From Chlamydiia bacterium (GTDB taxonomy: Bacteria; Chlamydiota; Chlamydiia; Chlamydiales; JBMOFD01), in assembly GCA_049314435.1 (NCBI GenBank), contig JBMOFD010000005.1, positions 1-42,803 of the forward strand: a DNA stretch of 42,803 bases, written 5' to 3'. This document shows positions 32,201 through 39,550 of this stretch, piece after piece. The notes below the pieces were generated by a model that saw only the letters and a program-made list of their open reading frames with translations, was not told where the DNA came from and did no database searches. Position 1 is the stretch's first letter; every line of letters begins with the position of its first letter. A program made the translations under genes and the position numbers.

Positions 32201-35200
32201 CCCACGGCCATTCTGTGGTCGTGGCCGCACAGAGGTAGAGTTCTCTGAGAGGGCCGATCTGGGGCCAGAAGTCGATCTCTCGATTGAACAAGGCTTCCCG
32301 CTGTTCCGTAGGCAGATCACTTCCTCGCACGAGCTTGCCGTGATGCACGACGGTAGGCTCACTGGCATGCCACGCAAGGAGGAGGCGCATGGCGAGCGCG
32401 TTGAGGTCGCATCGCGCCTGGCAGGCTGTATCGGGTGGGATCTTGCAACGTCGCAGTAGGAGCAGTGCAACGTACCAGGCGCTGTTGCGCGCTCCGGAGT
32501 CAGCCCAATCTTCTCTATAGGTTGTTTCCAGGGCGGTCAACAGCGGGAGGATGATATCCAATGGCCAGATCTGCCTGGGCCGCTGTTCCAAAAGAATGCG
32601 TTGGACGTTGTCCAGCAGAGTGGGGTCCCGCTTCTCAATGAGCGTTCGCAGATCTTCTGACGAAGGAGCGTCTGTTGGCTCTGTAGAGAGCTCCAGAAGC
32701 CACTGTTGCACCGGATCGACCGGCGAGCAACCTAGTTCTGCTGGAGGTAAGAGCGGTGCACAGATGCAGTGGTCCTGCTCCGGTGTCGGGCACTGGGGCG
32801 CCGAGGTGTCTTGCTCAGGAGTTTGGCCTCTTACCAGATCTGCCACTGCAGGCAGCGCAAGTAGGCGCGTTAGGTCTGGATGCTGTTGAGCGGTCAGAGC
32901 GAGGTCGCGGACCCAAGGGAGAAAGCCAAGATTCAATGGAGCTTGGCGTCCATGCATCTCTAGAACATCGACAATCGATGTGAGCAGGCCCTTTTCGAGA
33001 GGTTCTAGCCATCCCTGCGGTGGGGTTTTGAGGTACATGGGGCATGCCAACCAAGTCCAGTGCGCAGCTTTCCCAGTCTCCGTTCTGATGCCCGATGTGT
33101 CCCATGTCGTTCCAAGAACGAGGTGGGAGATGAGTAGGCTCCAGGCCTGGGCTACCTCAAGCCTGCACAGGGTTCCCAGTTCTGCTAGGCCCTCCATAAG
33201 GGCAACGATCTCCCGAGGGGCGGATCCATTCCATATCGAGAGATCGCTCCAGATAGAAGGGATCACCTGAGCCGCCAGCAGGAGGCCTTGCGCCTTCTTG
33301 CTTTCCGGCCAATCTCTCATGTAGCGTTCGACCTGATATCGATATTCGTTGGGTTTGTGACTGTTGAGGAAGAGGCGAATGCTCTGGCAAAGAGGAGAGT
33401 CCCATCTTGGATCGTGAAGGTCTGAGACAGAGAATCCGTTGCCGAGGGCGCACACAACGCGAGCGAACACTCCGAACGTGTCAGGGCACACTACATGAGT
33501 GGTGCGAGTCTGCAGATCCCTGAAACTCTCCTTAGGAGTAGGTGCTCCTGCGGGCGTGAGGACCTCTAGATTGGACGAGCCTAGGTTTGCGTACAGAGCG
33601 TCATGGGACAAGACGCACATGCGAGGGTCGCCTTCGATGACGATCATCACATCGGCTTGAAGGGGTTCACGTCGGTTGGGAACACCCATCTGCATGCGTA
33701 GACTCAACACATGTCGCCGGTCGTGTTCTATGTGAGTATGAAGAGGATCTAGGAGGGGCGACTCTGCGGGGTGGTTCTTTGCAGGGAGTGTCTCGATGAG
33801 AAACTGAAGGTGCTCCAATAGCAGGTCAGCCCTTCTGCGTTCATCGAGCAGATCGGCCGAACAGCTTGGGTCGATCCACAGCTGAAGCAGGGTCTTCAGG
33901 ACGGCGTCTTGAATCTTCTGACTCACCCAAATTGGATCGGCGTCCGACAAGGGATAGAGGACTCCGTTTTTGAGTCTCTTGGCGCCGCGTAGGTCGACGC
34001 CCCAATCGAAGTCAACTAGTAGGCTGTTTCGCCCCTGCAGCGCATCGCGCAATGAGCCGCCATGCCAGAAACACAGAGGGGGCTCTGCTAGATCTAGTTC
34101 GGCTTGGATGTTTCCGGCCAATCTAAGTATGTAGGATCCGAGCGTTGTTCTGTGTAGGGTAGATTGACCAAGAGAGTTGACTAAGCACACGGGTGTCGAT
34201 ATGAGCCGACAGCGTTCTCGAGCACAGCGATCCGACCACTGATTATCAGTCAGTCCAGCTGTTTGTGCCATGTCCCTGGAGCGGCTCTTCTGCCAGAAAG
34301 CGCTGGAGCAGAGGGCTTCTTCATGACCAGACATCGACGGGCCGAGGCCCTGGCAGCCAGAAAGAAGGAGTGTGTCTGGGCTCCTGGTCAGGCAAGAGAT
34401 ATCGGGGCCGATCCAATCAACCAGGAGCTCCTTGTTTGGATCCTTGGTGGCGAGAAGATTCAATCCCGCCCTAGGAGAGGAGACAGTTTGGCTGTCACCT
34501 GCCAAGAGCACGATGATGTCTACCGCCGCTGCTTCACGTCGATCGCCTAGAATGGACTTCAGTCGGAAGACAAGGTAGTGATGTCCCGTTTGGCATAGAG
34601 TTCTACGGCGGTCGGGAAGAAAACCAAGGTCGATATCGGGACCCAAAGGCTCCGAAGAGACCACAGTCACATGGTCAAGGAACCGATGCAGCTGACCCAG
34701 TCTTTCATTCTGTGGACCGTTCAATGGGCGGCACCGCAGGACCCATGTATTGATGAACGCGTCAACAATGCGTGGGGTCCAAAAGGAGCTGCTGAGAGGC
34801 TGCAGGGCCAGTAGGGAGGGCCGCTGTCGTGCACCGCGCAAATCCAATAGGAGCTGAAGACTTCCCGCCTTATCAGAAGCAAGGTCCCAGTGCTCTCTAG
34901 TCGTAAGAGGTTCTATGCACTCTCCGAAGCACAAGACAGCGGGGTCCTGTCTTTCTAAAGAAAGAGCCTGCGAGAGCTGCTCCCACAAGGTTCTGCCGAA
35001 TGAAGCCCAGGTTGAGGAAGGAACAACTGTGCCGTCACGTCGTCTTAGATAGACCTCTGCCGATGCCACTTGCTCCATTCGATAAGCCACCTGCTCAACT
35101 GGTGCGATGGGCCCTTCGCTGACGTGATGAACCACGTCGTGGGTCAGCACGCTAGCGGCTGATAGCGGCGCGCCATCAGAGCTTCCATAGGGGGAAGCAC

Positions 35201-35315
35201 TCGAGGCTCTACTGCCGGCGAGCGAAGGTGACGTAGAAATGGCAAGCCCTGAACAGGCGGGCGAAATTGAATAGACCATGGGAAAAAGCGAATTGTTACC
35301 CGAAGAGGGTAACAT
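26202..35315 (-). CDS. Giant 3037-aa protein with tandem FAM46/TENT5-like nucleotidyltransferase domains (first degenerate) and a long Leu/Trp-rich helical region; candidate effector
   Basis: 9.1-kb uninterrupted ORF; GGAG before ATG; Ser-rich N-terminus; HGGSLRDALQG...VDFDWGV...QADVMIV. Confidence 0.8.
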   Translation of the reverse strand: MLPSSGNNSLFPMVYSISPACSGLAISTSPSLAGSRASSASPYGSSDGAPLSAASVLTHDVVHHVSEGPIAPVEQVAYRMEQVASAEVYLRRRDGTVVPSSTWASFGRTLWEQLSQALSLERQDPAVLCFGECIEPLTTREHWDLASDKAGSLQLLLDLRGARQRPSLLALQPLSSSFWTPRIVDAFINTWVLRCRPLNGPQNERLGQLHRFLDHVTVVSSEPLGPDIDLGFLPDRRRTLCQTGHHYLVFRLKSILGDRREAAAVDIIVLLAGDSQTVSSPRAGLNLLATKDPNKELLVDWIGPDISCLTRSPDTLLLSGCQGLGPSMSGHEEALCSSAFWQKSRSRDMAQTAGLTDNQWSDRCARERCRLISTPVCLVNSLGQSTLHRTTLGSYILRLAGNIQAELDLAEPPLCFWHGGSLRDALQGRNSLLVDFDWGVDLRGAKRLKNGVLYPLSDADPIWVSQKIQDAVLKTLLQLWIDPSCSADLLDERRRADLLLEHLQFLIETLPAKNHPAESPLLDPLHTHIEHDRRHVLSLRMQMGVPNRREPLQADVMIVIEGDPRMCVLSHDALYANLGSSNLEVLTPAGAPTPKESFRDLQTRTTHVVCPDTFGVFARVVCALGNGFSVSDLHDPRWDSPLCQSIRLFLNSHKPNEYRYQVERYMRDWPESKKAQGLLLAAQVIPSIWSDLSIWNGSAPREIVALMEGLAELGTLCRLEVAQAWSLLISHLVLGTTWDTSGIRTETGKAAHWTWLACPMYLKTPPQGWLEPLEKGLLTSIVDVLEMHGRQAPLNLGFLPWVRDLALTAQQHPDLTRLLALPAVADLVRGQTPEQDTSAPQCPTPEQDHCICAPLLPPAELGCSPVDPVQQWLLELSTEPTDAPSSEDLRTLIEKRDPTLLDNVQRILLEQRPRQIWPLDIILPLLTALETTYREDWADSGARNSAWYVALLLLRRCKIPPDTACQARCDLNALAMRLLLAWHASEPTVVHHGKLVRGSDLPTEQREALFNREIDFWPQIGPLRELYLCAATTTEWPWADRESMQEALFGVLEHLRTPSPMSSDSQPLLETWVRLLIEESAMMSQLQVVPSILFQRLVQEQQRGIRPETTLPLLDLLHREWPAARTAPPLSVPGPVHFEQSWSLWIQLSPSGKETLGLLMAPLRTQDAPLAQGPSTKELFDLLEQTPERDLILVLREWLLNPSIRPRWTMETALPLLEGLFSKWSSSRSASAPLPVTWYVALWINRNTEEDAFDEDSTMLLWTHTLHLGARRCLGAYHADDFLLWPPHSAFRSILEKRRLAESWQSRQPSLSPDRILDSSRDFLKGASEGLFRAYGNNHPMVELWDTVVYPYWNTPLPSAGEAEAVERSLHIDALPEGVSNHARAAWEWLYTLSVADTYPHMELTYEELTAGLRDLAQLAGPAMIEQLHRLLEKPARGPSWEMEQVYPLLRALEEMGGAVSEGKRSTGWYLGMHVLKCLSAHFRVAPIDLYSSIADAEHADLYRLVARLLFLWCATLPANGRSMKEELPYWQMRGGLQRLEPICVEATRFARSFSFEAVWDGLRALKPPHLSLSEAWWAICHQEMQGLATVDNLPFWLEGWQLGRKQYDQGHPSTWLTQLFKEVASGEISSTTGRLIELLMSCRADPPVTEEGKEPTPLFGLDVMLSILTNAASLGLSMSLQTKMLHNLVDCFVYVNGNSIEEVKGRLTSAQVKNRLRACEFVLATKIPLEEGYFQEAAYGILFHWENPSKSCSSFPLSEEIVRRIDESFLYLPDYEWLQTDPKDAFCGLTAILLDWLCRTAAFAPRTDDRLVELLSLCKGLFSSNPALKVLAIMVDELALRQPLPRVPYFLVSAILKQIETLSLTPDLILRRLNLLFAASALEGWKGLSSRCQVQPKFVKEFSFDQRTELLQLLSQQPLPSKDHSLQWHQWALEAGTALQLLSLGLRDGPLDTKREWPALLNLVEAYTLLPVTIKILMGLIPFAPIQSIQDWKRLFDLTQNLFSLHAAPEHLMLRSHLAAVLLIRLNTENSLGLADQHHLWPWLTEGTDRFSKFDITVLDVLTGGLVDPGKQSKKGPSQKGWLPLASTWLGIMTRSSTRNMILHPIHPPGQPANQAASTSALPMELQTASESPFSMRVSMLLKALDHLLRDTSIELDTHLTDVAGWLDSWFPQDSPQGPEKGEFVLILPPQPDPFSILLRAAQRAASCKENRATCIRSFARANYRVFQTYVSTSLAERLPLKRQQELVQQDLVAWLRLWTEHTDGEIPSWLAAPVSRAFSETSPQVREELWKALGFLRNRSIFEDVPTGPTLPHLPQSLLQALMHAGPSDPQQRDAWRAWLLPSQLETRTAAQRMAYLHPALVSTKPLSMERDHLWHLIMGHGPCGEETQSLHFLWRTLEALCDYPPSPRGTPGAMVETTLASIFRHSDFSFSAKTADLFVRSLGLLLQTHSNLAGSMFGPRSLLAWNFLVHTNFLSCLESSPSDPHPIEVDKYRSQLTLCRFVHYFGEAVLATWETYRSQPNRPVQALVQDVGVAECKLAAVDIVLQRLGLVGENLVAFTREDQGPAEFSPLDLLVDFGEALFNTSQGNQPTLKVLLGSYIARLHVSIPLHQWPARALGVVACSFYDKLSQPIELARNELGEVDSAYQALHQELIGHWEKYLPASSSEPDRPVETAQAPHHLVLLVTAAAVHKESLGRSCHDSKGLQRALIRSWMDLPTDASLGLFLNILCTPRLGLTIPEQRTYCATLFARRPARGLALLQEMAQLVSLPKGIEQDQQCGLFGSDCSVTNTDLYVAVMKLSAMTLLHPDYSMRKSGPRSPTTAPYTPWEYGEGTSTSQTTPDSGPDSISLMFQELHLVQALIGHQLGYCCSRPRVSGKHLLVFASLAIKALLDRDTKKVTKALHFIVKRVLPAADLQTFTTKLEALLQDLSGGHPLPPAAEAIGRQLLLQVMKEWASFAASSSVDPAEASEFIQESVDCFGLENPPNMDHDNRLAVLSTQIRWLIDSAEQSVETLLIRLLYAMIPLRSSASTKA

Positions 35316-35427
35316 GCTCCGATTCTTTACACCAATTGTAATTCAGAAGGATCCCTGAGCTGCGCAGGGTTCGTTGCTAAATACTATTAGGTATCCATCT
35401 AGATTCCACTACACTGAATGGTGGATT

Positions 35428-36552
35428 CTACAATTCGTCTCTGAGAATGGCTTCTCGCATACGACTGAATAGCCCGACCATCCAGTAGAGATTATGGATG
35501 GAGGCCAGGGTGTAGGCCGTCAGCTCCTTGGCCTTGAACAAGTGGTGCAGGTACCCCATTGAGTAGTGACGACAAGTGAAGCAGGAACAGAGCGGATCTG
35601 GGGGGCGTGGATCGGCTTGGTAGCAGGCTCGGTCAATTTTGACAGGACCTGCGCTGGTGAGCAACAGACCGTGGCGAGCAGCCTTCGTAGGATACGACGA
35701 GTCGAAGGTGTCGATCCCTAGGTGTAGGACAGATTGAATGCTGGGGACATCGGCAATACCTAGCAGATGGACTGGAAGGTGGCTAGGTGCTTGTGGCATG
35801 AGAGTCGAGAGCATCGACACCATCTCTTCACGATTTTTGCCCAGGCTGCCACCAATAGCTAGACCATCAAAGCCCAAGTCCACGAGTTCTCGCAGGCTTT
35901 GGCCGCGGAGCTGATCATCCAGACCTCCATGGACCACGCCATACATCGACTGGTGTCTAGGATCGATGCGATGCTGGATCAGGGAGCGACGCTGCCAGCG
36001 GTGGGTACGCTCATGACTACGACGGAGCGCGCGTGGTTCGATGTGGTAGGGGGGGAGCTCATCAAAGGGGATGATGATGTCGGCTCCTAGGCTCTTCTGG
36101 GCCAGAACGGAGGACTCTGGCGTAAGTAGGAGCTTGGATCCATCTCGATAGCTCCTAAATGTGACGCCCTCTTCGGCGATCTTCAGTACCGAGCCAGCGT
36201 GTTGCTTCTGACCGGAGGACTTGAGTTCAGCATGGACCCCACCATAGGCCAAGCTGAAGACCTGAAAGCCGCCTGAGTCCGTGATGATCGGACCTTGGCG
36301 CCCCATGAACCGATGCAGCCCGCCTAGAGCTTCCACAGTGGCGGCTCCTGGGTGGATCATCAGGTGATAGGTATTGCAGAACATCAATTGGATGCCCATC
36401 TCATCAAGCAGCTTGGAATCGACCGCCTTGATGGCAGCGTGCGTTCCAACCGGGACGAAATGAGGTGTGTCGATGACTCCGTGTGCGGTGTGGATACGAC
36501 CTACACGGGCTCTTGACCGCTTAGACTGATGCAGAATTTCGAAGCGAAACAT
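35428..36552 (-). CDS. tgt: tRNA-guanine transglycosylase (queuine-inserting, chlamydial-like variant)
   Basis: CNTYHL, TDSGGFQVFSL, DTFDS and Zn site CSCFTC...H; GGAGG SD before ATG 36552; FDEL and GGSLG at the specificity positions. Confidence 0.96.
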   Translation of the reverse strand: MFRFEILHQSKRSRARVGRIHTAHGVIDTPHFVPVGTHAAIKAVDSKLLDEMGIQLMFCNTYHLMIHPGAATVEALGGLHRFMGRQGPIITDSGGFQVFSLAYGGVHAELKSSGQKQHAGSVLKIAEEGVTFRSYRDGSKLLLTPESSVLAQKSLGADIIIPFDELPPYHIEPRALRRSHERTHRWQRRSLIQHRIDPRHQSMYGVVHGGLDDQLRGQSLRELVDLGFDGLAIGGSLGKNREEMVSMLSTLMPQAPSHLPVHLLGIADVPSIQSVLHLGIDTFDSSYPTKAARHGLLLTSAGPVKIDRACYQADPRPPDPLCSCFTCRHYSMGYLHHLFKAKELTAYTLASIHNLYWMVGLFSRMREAILRDEL

Positions 36553-37228
36553 AACCCTCCGACGGCAAAATCCAGCGACTGAGTAGAAGCAGGGGGCCCG
36601 TGCTGACCAGGACAAAAAATTTGATCACCAGGCTAACGCAACCAATTTCCAAGAGCGGAGAGACCACGCCATACAGGCCAATCACAGTGAATAGAAGGGT
36701 GTCGAGGATTTGCGAGCCTCCTGTGCAGAGCAGGTGTCTGCCGACCCAGGGATGAGAATGCCAACGTCGCTGGAGCCAGCCATATGCGCGCACCTCCAGG
36801 AATTCGCATAGGAGGAACGAACCTATGGAGGCAACGAGGATGCGTGGCGTAGCGGACCAGATCTGCAATAGGGCGGGATGCGCGAGGTCGGAGGGACTAG
36901 GCGTCATCAATAGAATGAGGCTGGCCACACCCGAGCAGCAGAATCCGCCGGCTGCTGACAGCCAAATCGCTTGTCGCGCCTGCTGTGCACCATGGAATTC
37001 CCGAAGAAGGTTAATGCTGAGCGCGGCCCCCATACTGAGGGCATCTGCTGCGCTCGACTCCCAACCAAATAGGAGGATCTGCTTACAAACGAACACGTTC
37101 ATAAATACAGCGTAGAGAACGCAGAGCGTGACTAAGGCTTGGGCGCCAAGACGCACTGCTGCGAGAGCCAAAGCCGCACATCCCACAGAGAGAAACATGA
37201 CGATGAGTTCGTTGAATCCTATGCACAT
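36521..37228 (-). CDS. yhhQ: Queuosine-precursor transporter YhhQ (Vut_1/DUF165)
   Basis: About 6 TM segments; NVFVCKQ, LLREFHG, PRILVAS and SQILDT; overlaps the tgt start. Confidence 0.85.
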   Translation of the reverse strand: MCIGFNELIVMFLSVGCAALALAAVRLGAQALVTLCVLYAVFMNVFVCKQILLFGWESSAADALSMGAALSINLLREFHGAQQARQAIWLSAAGGFCCSGVASLILLMTPSPSDLAHPALLQIWSATPRILVASIGSFLLCEFLEVRAYGWLQRRWHSHPWVGRHLLCTGGSQILDTLLFTVIGLYGVVSPLLEIGCVSLVIKFFVLVSTGPLLLLSRWILPSEGYVSLRNSASV

Positions 37229-37398
37229 AGGGCAGCGAGTTTATCAGAGCGATGAGTTGTCGGGGAGGGATTGGAAAGGATGCTTCGGTATCGAGCAAAG
37301 AGATGTAGGCTCGTCGTGGGTCATCACGATGCTGAGCTCTGGACGGAGCGTAACGGGCTGTTGCCTAGGCGGTTAGTGCACCCGCCGTCTGAGGGGCT

Positions 37399-37427
37399 TT
37401 GAAAAATCACCTACTCTTATCTAGGAT
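37399..37427 (+). promoter_or_regulatory. Sigma70/sigma66-type promoter for porin gene 1
   Basis: TTGAAA-17 nt-TAGGAT immediately before the structured leader. Confidence 0.55.
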
Positions 37428-37442
37428 TCAAATAAAAACGGA

Positions 37443-37521
37443 TCCCTGGGTGACGTGTTGTTGGGCGAGAGTCCGCACGAGGCGTGGGGGGAGGCGGTGG
37501 GGCCAGTGATCCATCGTTTCC
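37443..37521 (+). promoter_or_regulatory. Two-hairpin structured 5' leader, copy 1
   Basis: GGGC-GAGA-GTCC capped hairpin (37453-37485) and GGAGGCGGTGG/CCATCGTTTCC stem (37490-37521); covaries with copy 2. Confidence 0.55.
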
Positions 37522-37542
37522 GGTACAACAACAGTGTGGATT

Positions 37543-39012
37543 ATGACACGGAATTTACAGCGCATTCCTGCTTTCCTCACGCAAACTTGGATGGCCGCTG
37601 CATGCATCGGCTTGATCGGGAGCGCGTCAGGGCAAGCATTTGAGTTCAGGGAAGTGGCCATCGGGACGGGCTACCGACAAGATGCCAGTTCATTGAGCAT
37701 CTGCTCGACCTTGAGTGATCCCGACTTCTTCGGCTATGGGAAAATGAGAGCCCGTAACGTTCGGATTTGGGAAATTGGCATAGGAGCTGCCGCTAGCATT
37801 ACGGATCACGCCTATGCACGTGCGTCCATTGCTTACGGGTTTGTCCTCGGCGGTAAGGTGGTTGACTCCGGTATTGCTGACATTAGCAGCGATCCGTTCA
37901 ACGCAGTGATCGGCGAGTACTACGGCACCTGCTGTTCTGTGTGCCCTCCTTGCACCGATCCAGGACCTTGCTCCTGTGATTGCGACGGCGCCGTCTATCG
38001 GCACACCGTACCAGTGACCGCCACCGTCAAGGGCAATACCTTTGATTTCGACTTGGCTTTTGGGTTCGAGTTCCGCGCTTGCAGCGATATGATCATTGCG
38101 CCGGTAATCGGTTACCAGTTCAACCAACAGAGACAGCGTTGGGACCAGTCGATCTGGGGGCCCATCAGCCTAGCGGTTAATCCGCTATCCAATTCGGGTG
38201 GCAATTTAGGAAACATTGGTAGCCTTTGCGGCTATGATGTTCCGTACGATCTAGACTCCGAAGGTTTGATCACACAGGATGACGGGATCTACTATGGTGA
38301 CCTGGACGCGTTGAATAATCCTGAAGTGCTTGGCTATGCGCTGATTGGTAATGCTCGGCTCAATAGTACAATTGGCACGGGTGAAACAGCTGTGACGACT
38401 GAGAATGGACTGTTAGGTCCGCAGTGTGTTGGCTTCGGTGACTGCTTTAACGGGACTGTCTACAGAGCTCGTTGGAATGGTCCTTATATCGGAATTGACC
38501 TCGGCTGGGAGTTCACAAGCAACTGGCGCGCAGCTGCGTCATATGCTCTGCACTTCTCGCACTACAACGGCGAGTTCACAACATTCGGCGGGAATCAGGG
38601 AAGTCAGTGCGATTGCAACTTCTGCCCTCAGTGGCTGGAGATCTGTGGCGCGCCTGCCAATGACTTGACTCTTACCCCAATCGGGTTTGCTCCGAGTCAG
38701 ATGGCCTTCGCTACATGGGGGATTGGGCAAGAGGTGAACCTCGCAACAGACTACCGTTGTGGACAGTGGGCGATTGGGTTTGCCCTGGGCTATCAATACC
38801 GTCAGGTGTCACATTGCATCCCGTCTGATCCTTGCGGAAGCTGCGTAGAAGTGTGCAACGGGTCCTTGGGCGGACACTATGTGAACCCCAATGCTGCCGT
38901 GCTGTCGGTTGTGCCTGACAACGGAACATCTCCGATCTGGCAATTCGCTAACATGCAGAGAGCTCGTTGGAGCTCCTTCAGCGCTCTAGTCACACTGGAG
39001 TTTATGTTCTAA
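37543..39012 (+). CDS. Cys-rich outer-membrane beta-barrel protein (Pom/omptin-like putative porin), copy 1
   Basis: Signal peptide; GTGYRQD, IWEIG, APVIGY and RWNGPYIGID; alternating beta-strand pattern; terminal Phe (LEFMF); ~21 Cys in the mature part. Confidence 0.8.
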   Translation: MTRNLQRIPAFLTQTWMAAACIGLIGSASGQAFEFREVAIGTGYRQDASSLSICSTLSDPDFFGYGKMRARNVRIWEIGIGAAASITDHAYARASIAYGFVLGGKVVDSGIADISSDPFNAVIGEYYGTCCSVCPPCTDPGPCSCDCDGAVYRHTVPVTATVKGNTFDFDLAFGFEFRACSDMIIAPVIGYQFNQQRQRWDQSIWGPISLAVNPLSNSGGNLGNIGSLCGYDVPYDLDSEGLITQDDGIYYGDLDALNNPEVLGYALIGNARLNSTIGTGETAVTTENGLLGPQCVGFGDCFNGTVYRARWNGPYIGIDLGWEFTSNWRAAASYALHFSHYNGEFTTFGGNQGSQCDCNFCPQWLEICGAPANDLTLTPIGFAPSQMAFATWGIGQEVNLATDYRCGQWAIGFALGYQYRQVSHCIPSDPCGSCVEVCNGSLGGHYVNPNAAVLSVVPDNGTSPIWQFANMQRARWSSFSALVTLEFMF

Positions 39013-39038
39013 GCATCTCTTAGATGCCGAATATATCG

Positions 39039-39066
39039 GGCTGTCCGTGAGGACGGCCTTTTTTTT
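39039..39066 (+). terminator. Rho-independent terminator
   Basis: GGCTGTCC-GTGA-GGACGGCC followed by T8. Confidence 0.9.
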
Positions 39067-39451
39067 GTCCAAAATTCTCAGCTCACAGATTTAGAGCTTC
39101 AGTCCTTCAGAATCGAAAAGCCACTCTAGGAGCTCGCGCACCAACCCCTTCGACATCAAAGCCTTCTCAGTTGCTGAACCAACCTTCTGGAGGAGCATTG
39201 CCTGTTCATAAAAAAATCACTTGCGAGCGTAGCTATTGCACCTTTGTCCGTGGACTTAGCGTCCTAAGACCCAACAGGGACACTCTTTACTCTTGCTGGA
39301 CAGGCCCAAAAGCTGTCAAAACCCTCTCTTTTTTGTCAGGAACGCAACAAACTGCTGCAGAGTGAGTTGAGGCGAGCATGAGGCGCAGAGGTGAGAAAAA
39401 ATGCACATTTAGCTAGATAAAATTTTTTGATTGATACAGGATAAAAATTGA

Positions 39452-39529
39452 CCTCTGAACGAGGCATTGTGGGGTGTAAGCCCGAACGATGCGCGGGGGC
39501 CGGCGGTGGAGCCAGAGATCCATCGTACC
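39452..39529 (+). promoter_or_regulatory. Two-hairpin structured 5' leader, copy 2
   Basis: GCATTGT...GGGT-GTAA-GCCC...ACGATGC (39464-39492) and GCGGTGGA/TCCATCGT (39503-39526). Confidence 0.55.
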
Positions 39530-39550
39530 AATATAACAACAGTGTGGACT

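Noticed and set aside
33990..34075. Giant protein as the housekeeping PcnB/CCA-adding enzyme
   Set aside because: GG.LRD...DxD resembles class II motif A, but the downstream RRDFT.N and EDxxR motifs are absent and later blocks fit FAM46/TENT5 better.
37229..37400. preQ1 riboswitch upstream of yhhQ
   Set aside because: No preQ1-I-like short stem with a 3' A-rich tail is visible on the minus strand.
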